A DNA stretch of 64,000 nucleotides from contig OZ316893.1 of the NCBI GenBank assembly GCA_973895155.1, positions 744,860-808,859 on the forward strand, given 5' to 3'. Made by a program: the position numbers and the translations under genes. This document shows, one piece after another, positions 1-14,738 of this stretch. Every line of letters begins with the position of its first letter. Positions within the stretch are counted from its first letter, which is position 1. The notes below the pieces were generated by a model, which was given only the letters and a program-made list of their open reading frames with translations, made no database searches and was not told the DNA's origin. This DNA is from Marsupella aquatica. Its lineage: Eukaryota > Plantae > Marchantiophyta.

Positions 1-1346
1 CGGTAAGTAATCCTTTAGGATCTAGATCTCCCAAGTTTAGTATCCTAACTCAAGTTCAACAGACATTGGTAAGTAGGTCAGTGATAGGTCCTCCCGATGT
101 CATAAGCCGGAACCAGAATCGACACCCACTGTTCGTCCAGAACAACTCTTTTCTTGGGTGCAGCCCGGGTTTCCCCTCGTACTTATTTATCACCAACTGA
201 TTGCCCTGCCCCCAGGACATGCTCATGGCCCAAGTAGCGTAACTTGTCCTAAAGCTTGTCCCAACACGTCGGGACCAGAATGGCCCCGACTATAACAACC
301 AACTCTCATTTCTCACCCCACTAATGGTCTAGGGGCGAATTAAGTGCCCTTGGAACTCAACCTCCATGACTACTTGGCCTTGCCTCCCAACACAAGCTCC
401 GTTGAGAGATTGAACGTGGCTTGGCTGCTATTTTGATATGATTTGGCAAGCGGGCGAGATAGCCCCCGCAAGCCCCGAGAACCTATGGAAACCCTAGACC
501 CAGCTAAGCTTAGGAAGATGTAGCCCCCCTTGAGAGATTTTCAATGCATCCAAGACGTCTCCCAACAGACTTCCCAACGGACAGTTATCGTCGATTTGGT
601 TTAACGTTTTCCCTAAGTGTCGCGACCGCCGCGGCTCACGACTTCGGCTCGCCCCCCAGCGAGACACCACTCCCCTCATATATGCTTTGGAGACCTGCCA
701 CCCTAAATTTTGGCCTCTCACCTGGACCCCAACCCGCATGTCTGGGCGCGCTACCAATTGGCAATGCCTATAAATTTATAGTTAGGCGTTCGCAAGCGGA
801 GTGCCTTAGCCCATTGTGATTGGCCCGACCTAGTGCTCATGGCTGGGCCCTGAGATCCCATTGTCGCCTAGGGCCCCCGATCGACCAAACCGGGATCGGG
901 CCATAACTTGCGCCCCAAGCGTCCATTGCCCATGGAGTCAACTCCATTGGCCTTGGGCCCAAGAGGAGCTCTCACTCAAGCCCTCAGAACTCAAAGTCCA
1001 TTCGGGGGTCCGGACGGTCGACCTTGAGCCCGACCCTTTTCTCCTTGACCCGACCAGCCCTCAGCTAGTCTAAGTTTTTAGTGTGTCACTAGCTTAGCGC
1101 GTTGCCTTTGCCAGTGCCACGCCCTGTTGCCCACAAGTCTCCCCATGCTAAGTCCTCCCCGGATGGCCTATCTGGGTCTGGTCGACCATAAGGGAGCTCG
1201 ACATCGGAGTCAACGACATCGGAACTAAGTGTTAAGGTAGTCGAGTTCCGTGATTCAATGGCTATAGCTTTTTCACTAAGTTATGTAATTGACTGGCATG
1301 GTTTCCCTAGAGTCAACCAAATTAAATATTGCCATGCCCAATCATA

Positions 1347-1384
1347 GGTCTTGACTCTGGTAAACGGTCTTGACTCTGGTAAAC
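1347..1384. repeat. 19-bp perfect tandem duplication
   Basis: GGTCTTGACTCTGGTAAAC occurs at 1347-1365 and 1366-1384. Confidence 0.85.
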
Positions 1385-4319
1385 CAAATTAAATATTATA
1401 TTTATAAGAATGTGAGAATTAGGGTCACACAAAAAGCAGAGTATCTAGATTGTTACTGGGATGTGCCGAACCATGTCAGTCATAGGTCTTTCCCTAAAGT
1501 CGCTTTCACCAGAGTTCAGAAAAGAACAAACTTAGCTATGGAGGAGTACCAGCTTTGTCCTGGAGGAAAGGAGAAAATAATTTACTTGGTATTTTCTTGG
1601 GTTACAATCTTGGCAAATCTTGAGGTTATTAAGGCTTAGTCTTCATAGGAGTGGTAAGTGTGCCTGTCATCCTCTCCATTTAAGTATAACTCTATTATTA
1701 ATAGTATCACAATTGTAAACTTACCCTAAACTGCTTTACACATCACAGGTGCCCACTTGAAATTTTGCAGCCAATGTTTTTGTCCATCTACCTTTTCTTA
1801 TATACTTTACTGCCACCTAGCCAAAACATGTGTTTATGGCCTATTTTAACAAAAACTAAATTTGATGTTGTGTCTGGAGTTAAACTTACTCTTTATTGAC
1901 GCATATATTCTTCTAGCCCACTGCCTTGAAAACAAAAACTTTGCGCTTGGCCTCAAAAGTTTCCTAGTAAAATCACACCTGCCCATTTAAAAACTCCAGG
2001 TTGTCCATAGCTATCATTAAATTTTTTTGGCCTCAAATTGTGGAAACTGGCTCTAGGGGAGAAATTTGAGTGGAATGTGGAAAGATAGGGAGGTCTTGGA
2101 GACTTCTCTCCTATGTATGGCCAGCAGTGATTTAATTAATATTTGTGCTAAATCTAATCACAATCACGACATTAAACTTAGAATACAACATTGCGCCACT
2201 GTTTACGGTGGTCACCATTCAAATATGCAGGGGCATTTTGGGTGAAAACAAACTAAACGGGAAAAAGACAAAGGAACAAGACAAAAAAATTGCCATCCTG
2301 GATAGAGGCCACGGGAACAACTTTGAGCCTTGACTCTCGGTCCACTCCTTGGTCAACCCTCCCATGGCCAGACTCCCTCCCTGCCTCCCTTCCTCAGACC
2401 GACTCCCTCGCCAGTGCTGCCCCATGTGCCGCACGAACAACCCAACCACCTCGCCCTTATGACCCTTCCTCGCCTCTCCGTCCCTTGTAGAGCATTGACA
2501 ACATTCACAACGGCATGCCCATAACCATCCAACGATCAAGTAATCGACATAGAGAGATACGTGATTCACCTCCACATGAGACTATGTCCATGAGAACACA
2601 CAAAAGCTTTGTTGTACTCTAGGCCGACCGACCATACTAAGCATCCACAACACAAACTCTCCCTATTCTAGTGGCTTAGTAATAATGAACCTGAGTTCCT
2701 ACTATCCAAACAGACACACTTTAGGTAGTGTGCGAGGTAGTGTGTGTGGGCTGCATGACTAACCTAGCCTAGTCTCCAACTAGTGTTAGCCCCAACTGCG
2801 GTATAGTTATAAGTCTAGACCTAAGAGTTAATCCTAACATCCCTCGCCCCGACTCTTGGTCAACTCCTCCTTCCAGCGACACTGCCTGCCCCCCTCCACG
2901 CCTTGCTCCTTCCTCGACTCCCCCTCCTTGACTCTCTCCTACCTCGTGTTGCACCTCCATCCGACCTCGCCCCTGCCTCTCATCAACCCCGGCCCGACTC
3001 TGCCTCCGCCCCAACCTTGCCCTGGCCTGATGGCCGCCATCACTGATGACAAGGTTGGGGCGGAGCTTTTACTAATGACGTCCCTTTACTTATCTACATT
3101 TGTGATGCAACATCTTTTACTAACAATATCCCTTTACTTATTGGCCCATTTGACCCCGGAACATTTGTTAGGGTTCAACAACATATTTATACTGAATGAC
3201 ATCATTGGCGCTTCAACATCTTTTGGCTTAATTACATCTTTGGCGCCATCACATCTTTGCACTTGATTAAATCTTTGACGCCAGGAGATCTTTTTACTTG
3301 ACAATATCTGTGACATAACAACATTTTTTATTTTACAATGTATTTTATAGAACAACATATTAATGCACAAGTATTAAATTAAACTAGTGCATAAATAAAC
3401 AATATCATTTGGGTGTCCAGGTCGACAGTCGTTATATTTTACAATGAATTATGTGTCCCCGGAACCCTAACATGGGCTAGGCTTGAAGTCTCTCATCAAG
3501 GAGTGCACCTCCCGCTTTTAGCTTTTCTACCGGACCGTTCGGTCGAGTGCGTTTCTTGTAGCTCCGTCCTCGTCTCTGTCCTCGACGTGATGTTTTCGAA
3601 GCAGCGGAAGACAGGGCTTCGTGTGACCACAACTACGATGTCCATTACGATTGCTCGCGAACTTCAACTCTTCAGATTTGCCAGTGGCGAGCAGAACGCG
3701 ATCTGAACTGGCATACTCGAAGTCTTGTGTTTTGCTGTTGTGTGGATGGTGGCTCAGGTAGCTAGCTCGTCTGTGTGCGCGGGCTCTCCATTTGCTCCTG
3801 TGCGGAACTAGTACTGTTTCAGTGTTCGGCGGTAGTTTTGAGTGAAGTTTAAGACGACAAAGAGTGGGGAACCTGGATTGTCTTTTGCCTCTTTGGTATT
3901 GGTCGTTTGCGGTCGTCTTGGTCTTTCGTTGTTCTGTTGGAGGTGCTTGTCGTGCTCGAGATGGATGTAAGGTTCAGAGACGAGAGAATGGAAGGCAAAG
4001 TGGTCTAGAAGTTCGTTGGCCGTGTTTTCTGGTTACTGCTTATCTTTCTGTTGGTGGTGTTTGACCCAATGTGTGGTGCGATCGATTGTAACGAATTAGG
4101 CCTGTTTGGGTATCTTTCTTATGAATGGCTTCCCGATTTGCCCTAACGTGGTACAGTTTGTTAGCGTTCTGGGTCAATTTCTGGGGTTGTGAAAATCTCC
4201 TTTGCGTGTGTAGCCTTGCTACGTTTTCTTTGGCCGTGTTTCACCCGGAACTCTGTTTGTGGATGCGAACAGGAGGTTGGTTGTTGATAGCGAAAGCAGG
4301 GTTTATGGTTGCTTGAAGC

Positions 4320-7057
4320 ATGACGGGTTTTGGAGGGGCTCCACCCGTCTACAATAACACGGTTTATGTCTGCAATCTCCCCCCCGGAAGTGATGAGGAG
4401 CTTTTAGCGGAACATTTTGGGCGGTTAGGTCTACTCAAGGTGATTACTTTGAGGCAGTGCCATCCTCGCGGTGTAGGACGCATTTGTGTTCTGCTTTGTC
4501 CTGTGTGATCGGCATGTCCCCGTTTGGATTCTACTAGCAACCGACTTTCGCTATTCCAGGAGGGAGACAGAAGTCATGGTGTATTTCGGAATGCACAGTG
4601 TGATGACCTTGATTGGAATAACCTTCTTGTTGTGGAAACTTACCTTTGTTTGTTATTGAAGTCCGGTGGTACTCGTTTTGTTTCTGAGCAGAAAGATAAG
4701 AGGACTGGTCGGCCTAAGATTTGGATATATCGGGATAAGGTGACAAATGAACCAAAAGGAGACGCAACAATCTCTTACGAGGATCCACATGCAGCGTCTG
4801 CAGCTGTCGATTGGTTCAATAACACCGAGTTTCACGGTTCCCTCATCAACGTATCTATTGCAGAGTCTAAGAGAGAAAAAGAGCAAGCGGAGGTGGCACC
4901 AGTTGTGCAAGAGGAAAATCCAGTCGAAGACCAGGATCAGGCGCTTGAATTCGGAACGGATGGTGATATGGCGGGGGATGGCCCTGGTGGAGGAAGGGGA
5001 AGAGGCCGTGGTGATGCAGGAGCGAAAGCCTGGCAACAGGAGGGGGATTGGCCGTGTCCAAATCCAAGGTCTGTGATGACTTTGGTGAGCGGCTCTATCA
5101 TGCTCCTTGTACTCCCGATAACCCTCATCAACGAACAATGGGTAGAACAGTACCGACCCGCAAATCTGTTAGGATTTCCTCGGGAGATCGGTAGCTGTAG
5201 AAAGAGAGGAGTAGACGCATTTGCCCGCTTGTGAGGTCCTTTCTTGTTTTAGTGGGTGTGAAGGACTCGTCTCGCTGGTTACTGTTCGAGATTGAGTATT
5301 AGCATGGGGAATTCACGAGACCACTTTGTCGAGAGAAATTTCAAAATTTCCCATCAAGAAGTGATAACCCCTTGTTTTGAATTTTTTTTACTGCAGTTGT
5401 GCCAACATCAACTTCGCTTTTCGAGGTGTCTGCAATCGTTGCGGGACCGCTCGTCCTCCTGGAGGTGCAGGTGGCGGTGGAGGGGCAGGGAGTGGTCGCG
5501 GGCGAGGCCGGGGGGCACCAGACGCAGCGAGGGGCCGGGGTCCTGGAGGGCCACCTGGCCTATTCGGCCCCAATGACTGGAATTGTCCAATGTAAGCGGC
5601 TAATACTATTGTGGTGGTCATCACGGTTTTTGTTTCCTTGCCTTGTTGTCATCGGTCCATTTTAAACTGCTTAGGACGCTGTACGTTGCTCAGGCTGCGC
5701 TTTTTGCAGTAAGCATTGAATAGAGTGGAAAGCAATTTTCTTGACAGTTGCGTGTTGTAGGTGTGGAAATATAAATTGGGCAAAGCGCACCAAGTGCAAC
5801 ATTTGCAACACCACCAAACCTGGTCATAATGAAGGCGGTGTTAGGTGCTATTCCCATTTCTCATACAACTTACTGTCCCACACTTGCCATTTTGGAAGGA
5901 TTCAGCAATTGAGTGCTGTTCTGTTTTTCCCATTCAACACGCTTTCGGGGACGTCAACTTCTAGGTTCTACTTGATTAGAAAGACTACGGTAGTTAAAAA
6001 GTTGTCGATCTATTTTCTTGGTGAGCAGCACTCGTTCGTTGAATACGTTCTCCCAATTCGGTTAGTTGCGCCAGGGTTCTACCTCGCTGGTTCGTTGGTC
6101 GTACAATGAGTTCCCATGGTGAAAACATGCTAGGTTACATGACATTCTGGTGATGCAATGTTGCAACACCCACCTCTGTATCTGCTGCCCAGCTGAACTG
6201 TTACTTGCCTAGTCCTGGAATCTTCCGCTGTTTGATGCATTTCATCTGTGGTTGGTGACGAAAAAATTCGAGTAACACTAGACAACACCTTTATAGTTTC
6301 TGTTGTTATGTACTATCGGCTGATGGGATGTTTGCTTTCAGAGAGGGCCGAGCTGGAGGCTACAAAGAATTTGATGAAGCCGAGATTGAGGAGACTCGTC
6401 GCCGTCGAAAGGAATTAGAAGAGGTAGGATGCCATTGGTTACCTGTGCTCAGAAGTCGTTTGCTATGCGTGCATCTGGTAGCTAGCATTTGGTGCTTTCG
6501 TGATTTCAAAACTCTTGTCATGGAAGCTTCTGACTTGCTCTTACCTCGTCCAGGACGATGGAGAAATGTATGATGAATTTGGAACCTTGAAGAAGAAGTT
6601 TCGTCTCAAGGCAAAGCAAGGAGACGCAGCTGGTCCAACCGTCATCCCAGGAGTAGGAAAGGCAGCTTGGGATAAAGAAGAGCTTGGCATTGTCGAGCGT
6701 TCGGGAAGCAAGGAGAAAAGCAGGGAGAGAAGTGTCAAAGAAAATGAATGGGAGGAAGACGGCAGTCGGAGCTGGCGTGATCGTAGTGATGTTGATCGAA
6801 ATGGATATAGATCAGCCCGGGATGAAGACCGTAGCATAAGTGACTATGATAAGAGTCGAGGACGAGGTGTCAGAGCACGTGAATACCGTGACAGTGACAG
6901 AGGTAGAGATCTAGATCGTGATACATACCGGGAGAGAGAAAGGAGTCGAGATCGAGGTCGTGATAGAGGTCGGGAATATGACAGGGAAAGAGATCGGGAA
7001 TGGGATCGACCTAGAGAAAGAGAGCGGGTTCGAGAACGAGATAGATTCCTGGATTAA
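4320..7057 (+). CDS. TAF15: TAF15-like FET-family RNA-binding protein (RRM, two RanBP2-type zinc fingers, RGG tracts, RD/RE-rich tail); 6 coding exons approx. 4320-4439, 4692-5068, 5397-5591, 5761-5844, 6342-6423, 6554-7057
   Basis: RRM motifs TVYVCNLP and [17 protein letters not shown]...[12 protein letters not shown]; zinc fingers [24 protein letters not shown] and [22 protein letters not shown]; GT-AG boundaries join the ORF pieces in frame; stop TAA at 7055-7057. Confidence 0.9.
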
Positions 7058-9368
7058 TATTGATCTCATCACCTAGCCGCCCCTTCATCTGCAGGTTACA
7101 GACTTGACAATATGTTCCGCTTCAGGGTTGAGATCCTGACATGCAACTGCAATTGCAGTGTTTCCATGCCTCTTGTTGTAGCAGATGGAAGGATATTTGG
7201 ATTCTCTTGCTTGTTTAAAGCGACTGTTCTTGGTTCCTTGGAATTGCAGTCATCGGAACACTGGATCGTGAAATCACACGATCCAAAGAGGATTATCGGA
7301 GGATAAACAAATGACCCTTCAAGTTGTGTGTGTGAGTGTCAGCACCTCGAAACAGTTAATGGATAGTCTGGGGACTAAAAAAAGTGAGTGAAATTTTGCA
7401 AGGGGGCCTTGAATCCGACCTGAGGTTTCATTTATTTTGGGCGTGAGAATACCCTACGATTGCTTATGCGCATTATATTTTTGTTATTAAGAGAGGCAAA
7501 GTGCCTACTGCCACCCAGAAGTGCTAGCGAGATCCATGCTGTGGATGACGGGGGGCTGTATAATTGTCTTGCTCATATGAGAGCTGCCACTTGATTCGGT
7601 GTCCCTAAATCTGGCGACTTGACTGGCCTTGGGCCGCGGGTAAAGCTTCTAGCGAGTTTCACATTTTATCCCATTTTTTGTAGGTAGACTTCCATTATTG
7701 CCTCCCCACTTGCTGTCCCTAGTCATGCAATTTCAGCATGCTCACTCAGACAATTTTAATTGCCTTTCTACAAACCATAATTCGTGCAACTTGTTTTCTA
7801 TGCTGCTAACAACATGGCCTTCATGAACGTCCAACTTCTGCCTCTGCTTATCTACTCTCAGCCCTGACATGCTTCCAAGCTCTACTACTTGCTGCCCTGC
7901 CCTGGCCCGACTCACCCCCAGCACATCGATCCTACTCCGGCCTTGCCTTGCCCAAGCCGCCCATGTCGCCCTGCCCACCAGTGCTGTGCTTGAAGCAGTC
8001 CTGTTATGAGGCTGCACAGTCCTTCCTTGCCCATGGATTGATGTTGTTTCTGTTTCGTCCTGCTTCCTTTGTCACACAAATCCTGCCTTTCCCAGCGACT
8101 GCCTTTTAATCAACTTTCCTGTCGGCCCAACTTTTTGGCTCCCCTCCCCACTTACACAACAATTGGATTTTTCTTTCACCTTTACTTTCCGCCGGTCATT
8201 CTTCCTGTTGACCATCTTCTGTACCAAGGACGGGCTAATATTGTGCCGTCCCCACTATCCCGACTTTTGGATTTTCTTTGAGAAATCTTTCCACTTCCGA
8301 TCTTCGCCAACAGCACATCGTGCAATGCACAGGCAACATCATAATGAATTTTGCGAATTCTTACATCGCGCATCTTCGTAACGCTTTGAAAGAAATCGTT
8401 TCGGCCAGCAATAATAATACTTCATGCAACTCACTCTATAATAAACAAATGTATTATTTTGCTGTAACATTTCTTTAGCAGTTTTGATCATGTCTACACA
8501 TAGGCTCGTTGTTCCTTTGTAAGTTGGCCAGATGGATGGCCGGGAGGTTTAGACTCATTTTCATTCTTTTCTCACTGTGCAATATAAAGTAAACTGGAGA
8601 TCCTTTGGTTCCCGAAATCCATTCTATAACCACTGCATACTGGAAACATTGACACGTCTGGTGCGCGGGCATAACGGAGGTGGGCAATTTAACCTTTGTA
8701 CCCATCCCTACACCTTGTTCGAGAATTTAAGGAATTCTCTGATTTCGTTGGGGGTCATGTATAGTTGGACACTTTTCCCCTCCCTATGTCTCCAGGCCCC
8801 CATACCTTAAGCTATACCCAAAAAATATATCCCAGCCCAAGACTAACCATCTAGGGCAGGTTAGATGACGATGTAGACGCTTTGTGAACTTTTTCTTGTC
8901 TAGGAGTATAAATACAAATTGTGGGAAGAAAACCGAGGCAACCCAGAGGGAGAAACTTGATTCACCTTGATGACAACTTTCAAAAGGGCCGTCATAGAAC
9001 CTAATTAGGAGACAATGCGAAAAGTCAAAGCAAAACGAGTAAGTGATATGGTGATTTGGTGACGGAGATAAAAGAGTATTACTCGCCATATCTCTCGTCT
9101 TCATATGTGTGGAAAGAAATCTTCTCATCTGAAAGTGTACTAAAGAGATCGATCACTACGGGCAAAGTGATTTATGAACGGAACTGTGAACTCCAATCGA
9201 AGAAGTCGGTCTTTGTTGTGGTGTTGACAACAAAAAGTATTCAATGTAGATTTCAATCAACGCAGCAGAAACTTTTGGACTATCCAAGTCACAACTGGGC
9301 AATGAAAGTACTCCATCCATTCAATCTTACCCCCTTGCCTCAAGGAATCAGCTTTCAATACTATAGAA

Positions 9369-11326
9369 TCAGTGGCAACCCTGAACATCTCGCCAGGTCA
9401 AGTAAAGAAGACCGGCTCTATAATGAGTAAAAGCTCCTGCAACTACAAGAATATGAAATATCTGGTGACTATGGCCCAAAACGTCGAACTTCCCAGGCTG
9501 CCATCGTTCAGGTATTCTGGCAGAATAAATCAATGCACCAAGTCCATATAAGCTCCCCATTGCAGCCTCGAGGACAAAAGTCTTGATGGCCACGGGCTCT
9601 TCCCAATGAAGGAGTAGTTTGTGTACACACGGGATGACTCCAGATATTCCCATGCCAAAAAACAGTGCAGCTCGTGAGCTTCTGAATTCTGCTGTTTGGA
9701 AAAAAGGCAGGAGCGAGACCAAAATGGTTGCTATTCCCATGGCTGTGATGCTGGTGAGATAGATGTTGCACAGAAGAGGAGTGCACATGAACGAGTAGTA
9801 TATTGGAGGGTAGAAAGAAGCCGCAATCAAAGAAGCGATGCCAGCATAGTCCAATCTTATCATGATGGTTTGAACACCCTTAGAGTAGGACCCGAAAAGG
9901 TGGCAAGCAGTACTGGCCAGCAAGCAAAACATAGCTCCCACTAAGAAAATGAAGAATGGCAACCGAGTGATGGGATTCTTTGGACGTGGTGCCAAGATAT
10001 CCGCCAGGTCCATTATTGTCTCCTGCAAAGATTTTTCACGTAAGCACCGATCTTCAGAAAAAAAAAACTAGTTTTGCCACTTCCATCTTTTAGACTGGCA
10101 GTCAAGTTGCGAAGTCTAAACTCACAAGCTGCCCAGCCCCAGACGGTCACCATTGCTAGAATCACTCATTTGCAAACACTGTAGCATGCAAAACAATGTT
10201 GACCTTACCATCTCCAGGTGATAACATTCTGAATTACATCATGGCTGTCAGTTGGAGACATTAGGGTACTTCCTGTCCAGTGAATAAAATGAATCAAACA
10301 GCATTGGTAAGTACCTACCCATCCTGAATGTAATCTATTAGAGTTTTGCAAACTGTTTTCAGGTACCCTCGGGAGCTGACGAGCAGTGTAGATGGTGATT
10401 CCCAGAAATAGGAAGAACCCTAGCAAGTGCCTGCATGTACAGTATGGAGTAAGTGGATCCCATCGGAATTTCCATGTATTCAAAAAACAAAATTTGCAAA
10501 ATTGAGCCATTCTGAGCGTCAACGCAATTGATCTCATCTCAGAATGAATTGAGGGACGAGAATATGCACTACAAGCAGGGCAGCGAACGACTAACGCTCA
10601 AGGCATTCCATTTCCAGTGATGGGAACTGGATCGATCTTTCAAATTAAAATTGACGACATTTAACCGAATGACGCAACCCGGCCCTATCAAAAGGACACA
10701 GAACTATCCTATCAAAGGCATAGATACCTGATCAATCAAAACGGTTCTAGCCTGATAAGATCAAAACAGAAAGTAATTGAATAGAATCGAGTTGAATAAA
10801 ACAGAATGACGAAAGAAATAAAAATTAGACAATTCTAGGACCGTCTGAGAATATTTAATCTTGGACGGAACCGCTGAGTCCCAATTTAACCAACCCAGCT
10901 GCAGGTAATTGCAAGATGGATCATTAGGTGAGCTCATAGGAGGCGATACAGTGGAACTCGCTAGAGACGAGAGGAGGAAAGAAAAAAACTGACGTACGTC
11001 CATATATTGAGAGTCTCGTTGTGAATGCTGAAGATGCTGAGTAGCGTCTGCTTGAAAGGCAAATTCACGCGGTAGTGTCCCAGAATAAAATTGTTGTCCT
11101 TCATAAACTCCGGCGCGGAGTGATAAGTCCCCAGTTGGTACCGCTTCTTCAGCTCCTGGCCCAATTCCTTCACCCGGCTTCTTCCCTCGCTGTGACTACT
11201 TCTGCCGCTTCCACCTCCACTTCCATTTTCCCAAGAGCCCAGACTGCTTTCCTTTCTCACCACTCCTCCTCCACCGTAATTCTCCTCTCCAGCCGACTCA
11301 ATTGGTGCGGCGTTCTCACCCACCAT
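9369..11326 (-). CDS. Heptahelical transmembrane protein (PAQR/AdipoR-like, HlyIII family; plant HHP); first exon 11326-10998, last exon approx. 10022-9369, small middle exons uncertain
   Basis: PAQR motifs PEFMKDNNFILGHYR, SIFSIHNETLNIWTHLLG, CLLASTACHL, RLDYAGI, ARIPERWQPGKFD and GHSHQIFHILVVAG, with multiple hydrophobic helices. Confidence 0.9.
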
Positions 11327-12455
11327 AGCCCCTCCTTCCTTCTCCCCACCCTGCCTATCTCCTTATTAGGCGATTCGAATCCAGTCGCACAGTAAAAATC
11401 ACTTTGAGTTGCTATCCGATTGCCACGCGACGAGCAAATAGTAGCTTCAAATTTCAAGCACCAGAAAGAGGAAAAAAGCAACACCAATTCTAAGGTTCTA
11501 GAGAGAGCAAGACAAGCAAATGGAATTCCGATTAACTGTATATTATGAAGAATTTCCAAACCAAAGAAAAGTGGATTCTCACTTTCTGAGATGATAAGGT
11601 CTACGCAAGGCAAAACAAATTCCCAATCAGTCGAAAGAGAACGTTGATGCCGAGGAAACCAGATTCCACTTACAAGAAAAAGTAACCCAATTTTCAGGTC
11701 TTGAAAGGAATTCGGTTTTAGTCAGAAAAGGGGACAGCAAAAGTGACCCGACCTGCATACAGAGCAGGCTGCAGCTCCTTCCCTCTCGAAGAGGGATGGG
11801 ACGGGAGCGGATGACAATGTTACCACTAATGCACGTCTATGGATCCTTGCATGAAACTTGGTAACAGATTTCACGCGGAAGTGGGTCTAGGAAAACAAGA
11901 TCGGGCTTTCCCTTGTCTTCGTCGTCAATGGGCAAACACTGTTAATGTCGTATGTACACGACACGAAGCAGTGCACTGTAGTGGGTTACGTTACGTTTTC
12001 TCTTTTCAAAGTCGTCAATGGCTCCCCAGTTTGAACAGCAACGAATACTTGCTCCTTCAACAAAATTGCCACGGAAGGAAGTGCAGTGGGGGGACACACC
12101 ACACCACACAGCTTCCTCTACCTGTCAAGCTGTTAGTGGCAAGGAGACACTCAGCTACTCAGCACAATAAAGCCCAAATTCCGCCAATTGCAATTGTTCG
12201 ATAGTGACACGTGAGGGATACCATGGAGATTCTTCTACCTGTAAGCTACTGTAGTGCTTGGTGACACTGAGTCAAACATTTTTGGCAATGGAAAAACAAA
12301 TTGAAATTCATTCAAAAAGCCAGCACATGACATAGGGGGCCTGCAAAGGGGGTTGGCACCCGGGTGGACCAAAGGTTATGGAGCCCAAAGGACCGGAGAC
12401 GCCCGAACCAGGAGAGAAGGAGGGAAGCTAAACAAAAAAAAAACTAACTACTGCA

Positions 12456-12500
12456 AAGCATTCCCCAAAGAAGCAAGCATTCCCCAAAGAAGCAAGCATT
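12456..12500. repeat. 19-bp tandem repeat (about 2.4 units)
   Basis: AAGCATTCCCCAAAGAAGC twice plus a partial third unit. Confidence 0.8.
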
Positions 12501-13428
12501 TGAGTACTAGAAGGATTGTCTAAGCGACACCATAGGGTCGGATGGCTTTAATTAATTTCCTCACCAAAACAGCCCTGTCCTCACAGGCCTCTCAGCATCA
12601 TGTAGGTATGACAGGTTAATTACTGGGGACTTTCAGAATCGAAAGAAAGAATTAGAAGAAATCTGGCCAAGAATTGATAAAATTCCCACTGATTGCGCCA
12701 ATCTCAACCACTGAAAAAATTTGGGGGTTTAGCAATTGAAACAATCCAAAAGCCAGGGGTAAAAGTGAAACAACTTAAATAGGTATCATCTTAAAAAAAA
12801 GTTTTGATTTCAAGTAAGAGGAGGTAGTTATAGAACCTAGAAAATTAGAATTCAAGTAAAATTAGAGTGGGTAGTGATATTAGCCAAAGAAACAAAGAAA
12901 AATCCGTCATGAAATATATCAAAAATTTAACTAAACACCAATAAAACTCATCATTCTGGAGCAGGTCAGTTCAATCAACCATACAACATGTTCATTCCTA
13001 CACCCTAATGTGGAGAATTGTTGCAAGTCTTTGACTGATCTTGCTGTAGAAAAGACTGTCAAACAATTACATTTCAACTACTATACCACAAACTGCTATG
13101 CTACTGTCGAACACCAGCGAAGTGATATAGTTCATGAGTTGGGACCCAATGTGACTGAATTGTGGTGAGTCTTTCATTGACCTCTCTTTTCTAAAAGATC
13201 CAAAGTTTTTTTTATAGTTAATAGTTTTTTCTTTTTAAAGAGAAACTGCCTTTTCCAGTTTTTCCTTTCTTATGCAGGCTTTTTTTATAACTGAAAGGTA
13301 ATAGGAGAAGGGAGTTAGCCTAACCCAAGGAAGGAAGAGGGTCCAAAGTTTCTCCAAGAAAAAGGAAAGCTCCAAATTAAAGTAATTATCAAAGTAACAG
13401 CGTACATGTTACCAACCCTTGTCCAAGT

Positions 13429-13560
13429 AGGAAAGACAAGAATTATATATTTACAAAAGGGCCAAACAAAGTACAAAATGAAGAACAAACAAAAGAAGTT
13501 AGACTAGGACAAACACCAAACTCGAAAGAAACCAGGTCAAAGGAAAGCCCCCAAAACCTA
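13429..13560 (-). mobile_element. Diverged 3'-UTR fragment related to the CRE-like retroelement
   Basis: The reverse complement TTTGTTTGTTCTTCATTTTGTACTTTGTTTGGCCCTTTTGTAAATATA resembles 21748-21792 (TTTGTTTGTTCTTATGTACTCTGTTTGGTCCCTTTGTATATA). Boundaries are approximate. Confidence 0.5.
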
Positions 13561-14643
13561 CAAAGGTGAAAAGAAACAACAAGGAAAAGAGCTACCAGTG
13601 CCATTGATAGTGTGAGGAGCTAAGGGTACGCATATATGTATGCCATAGTGGGTCGAACAAAAGGTAACATCAAAGGTCATAATAAATCTGCAAGTGGGTA
13701 AGGCAGTAACAGATAATCAATCTTGTGGTCCATGATTCAATCATGTATCTGGCTGGTATCTGTACACTGACAGCATATATTTGTACGTTCTTGAAGAAGT
13801 GCCGGGGTCAAGTAGTAAGACCTCAAAGTCTGCAATACATATGCCATGGTAAGGATGTTGTGATAGAGTATTTTAACAGGTGGAAAATGTGGAGGCAGCA
13901 CAAGGGGCCAGGCCACCAAACCTGCTTTGGTCATGGACCTGGTTCAGTAAGTGCTATGATAAATTAGATCAAGTGAGTGGTCCAAACATATCAACTTTCT
14001 CTGTTGTTTTGGGTTGTTTCCGAGTGTAAGAAAAGGAACTGTCTATGAGAGCCCTAATCTTCTTAATTACAATGTCTGAGTATTTGTTTTGTTTTAATTG
14101 TTAGGGAATTAGTCTTTGGTCTAGAGTTACAACTGTAATATTAGTTGCAGACTTGGTCAGGTTAGGCGTACTGAACACTATATCCCAAGTGACGTTTGCG
14201 TGGATAGTAGGAACTCAGGCTCATTGTGGAGTAAAGCTCTGGTGTGTTCCCATAGACATAGCCTCAGCTGAGGTGAATCACATATCTTTCTGTGTCGATT
14301 ATTTGTGTGTTTGATGATCATGGACTTGCCGTTGCAAATGTTGTCTTTGCTCAACATTAATCACCCATGTATGGTTTCTCGCACTCAAGGTGGGTTGGGG
14401 AGGTCTTTTGTCTCTCTCCTGCCCCCTAGCATGGTAATGATGGGGGCTGACCCCTTGGAGCACTCCCGGGAGCACTATCCCCATTCTCAAGGCATATTAA
14501 GGAGAAAAATAAAAGTTTAGTGGGTTGTATCTATACTCAAAACTTAGGAATTACGAGGCATAGACTAGTACCCTGAAGAAAATTAAAAATCAAATAATCA
14601 CCTCTGAAAATAGAATTCATGAGCAGGTCAGTTTATAGGGTTT

Positions 14644-14738
14644 AGGACACTCAATAAGGGATAGAATGATATATAGTTTTCTATCCCTTAGATGTCTATA
14701 AGGACACTTAATAAGGGATAGAATGATATATAGTTTTC
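14644..14738. repeat. 38-bp direct repeat (period 57) with embedded 12-bp hairpin
   Basis: AGGACACT(C/T)AATAAGGGATAGAATGATATATAGTTTTC at 14644 and 14701; TAAGGGATAGAA (14655-14666) is the exact reverse complement of TTCTATCCCTTA (14679-14690). Confidence 0.8.

Noticed and set aside
1-1240. GC-rich, CCC/GGG-rich segment with a TATA-like motif, possibly an old LTR or other TE
   Set aside because: No TG...CA ends, PBS/PPT, second LTR or coding motif could be identified, and the short ORFs are unrecognisable.
2290-3030. Pro/Ser-rich short ORFs
   Set aside because: Products of pyrimidine-rich low-complexity DNA; no domain or splice structure.
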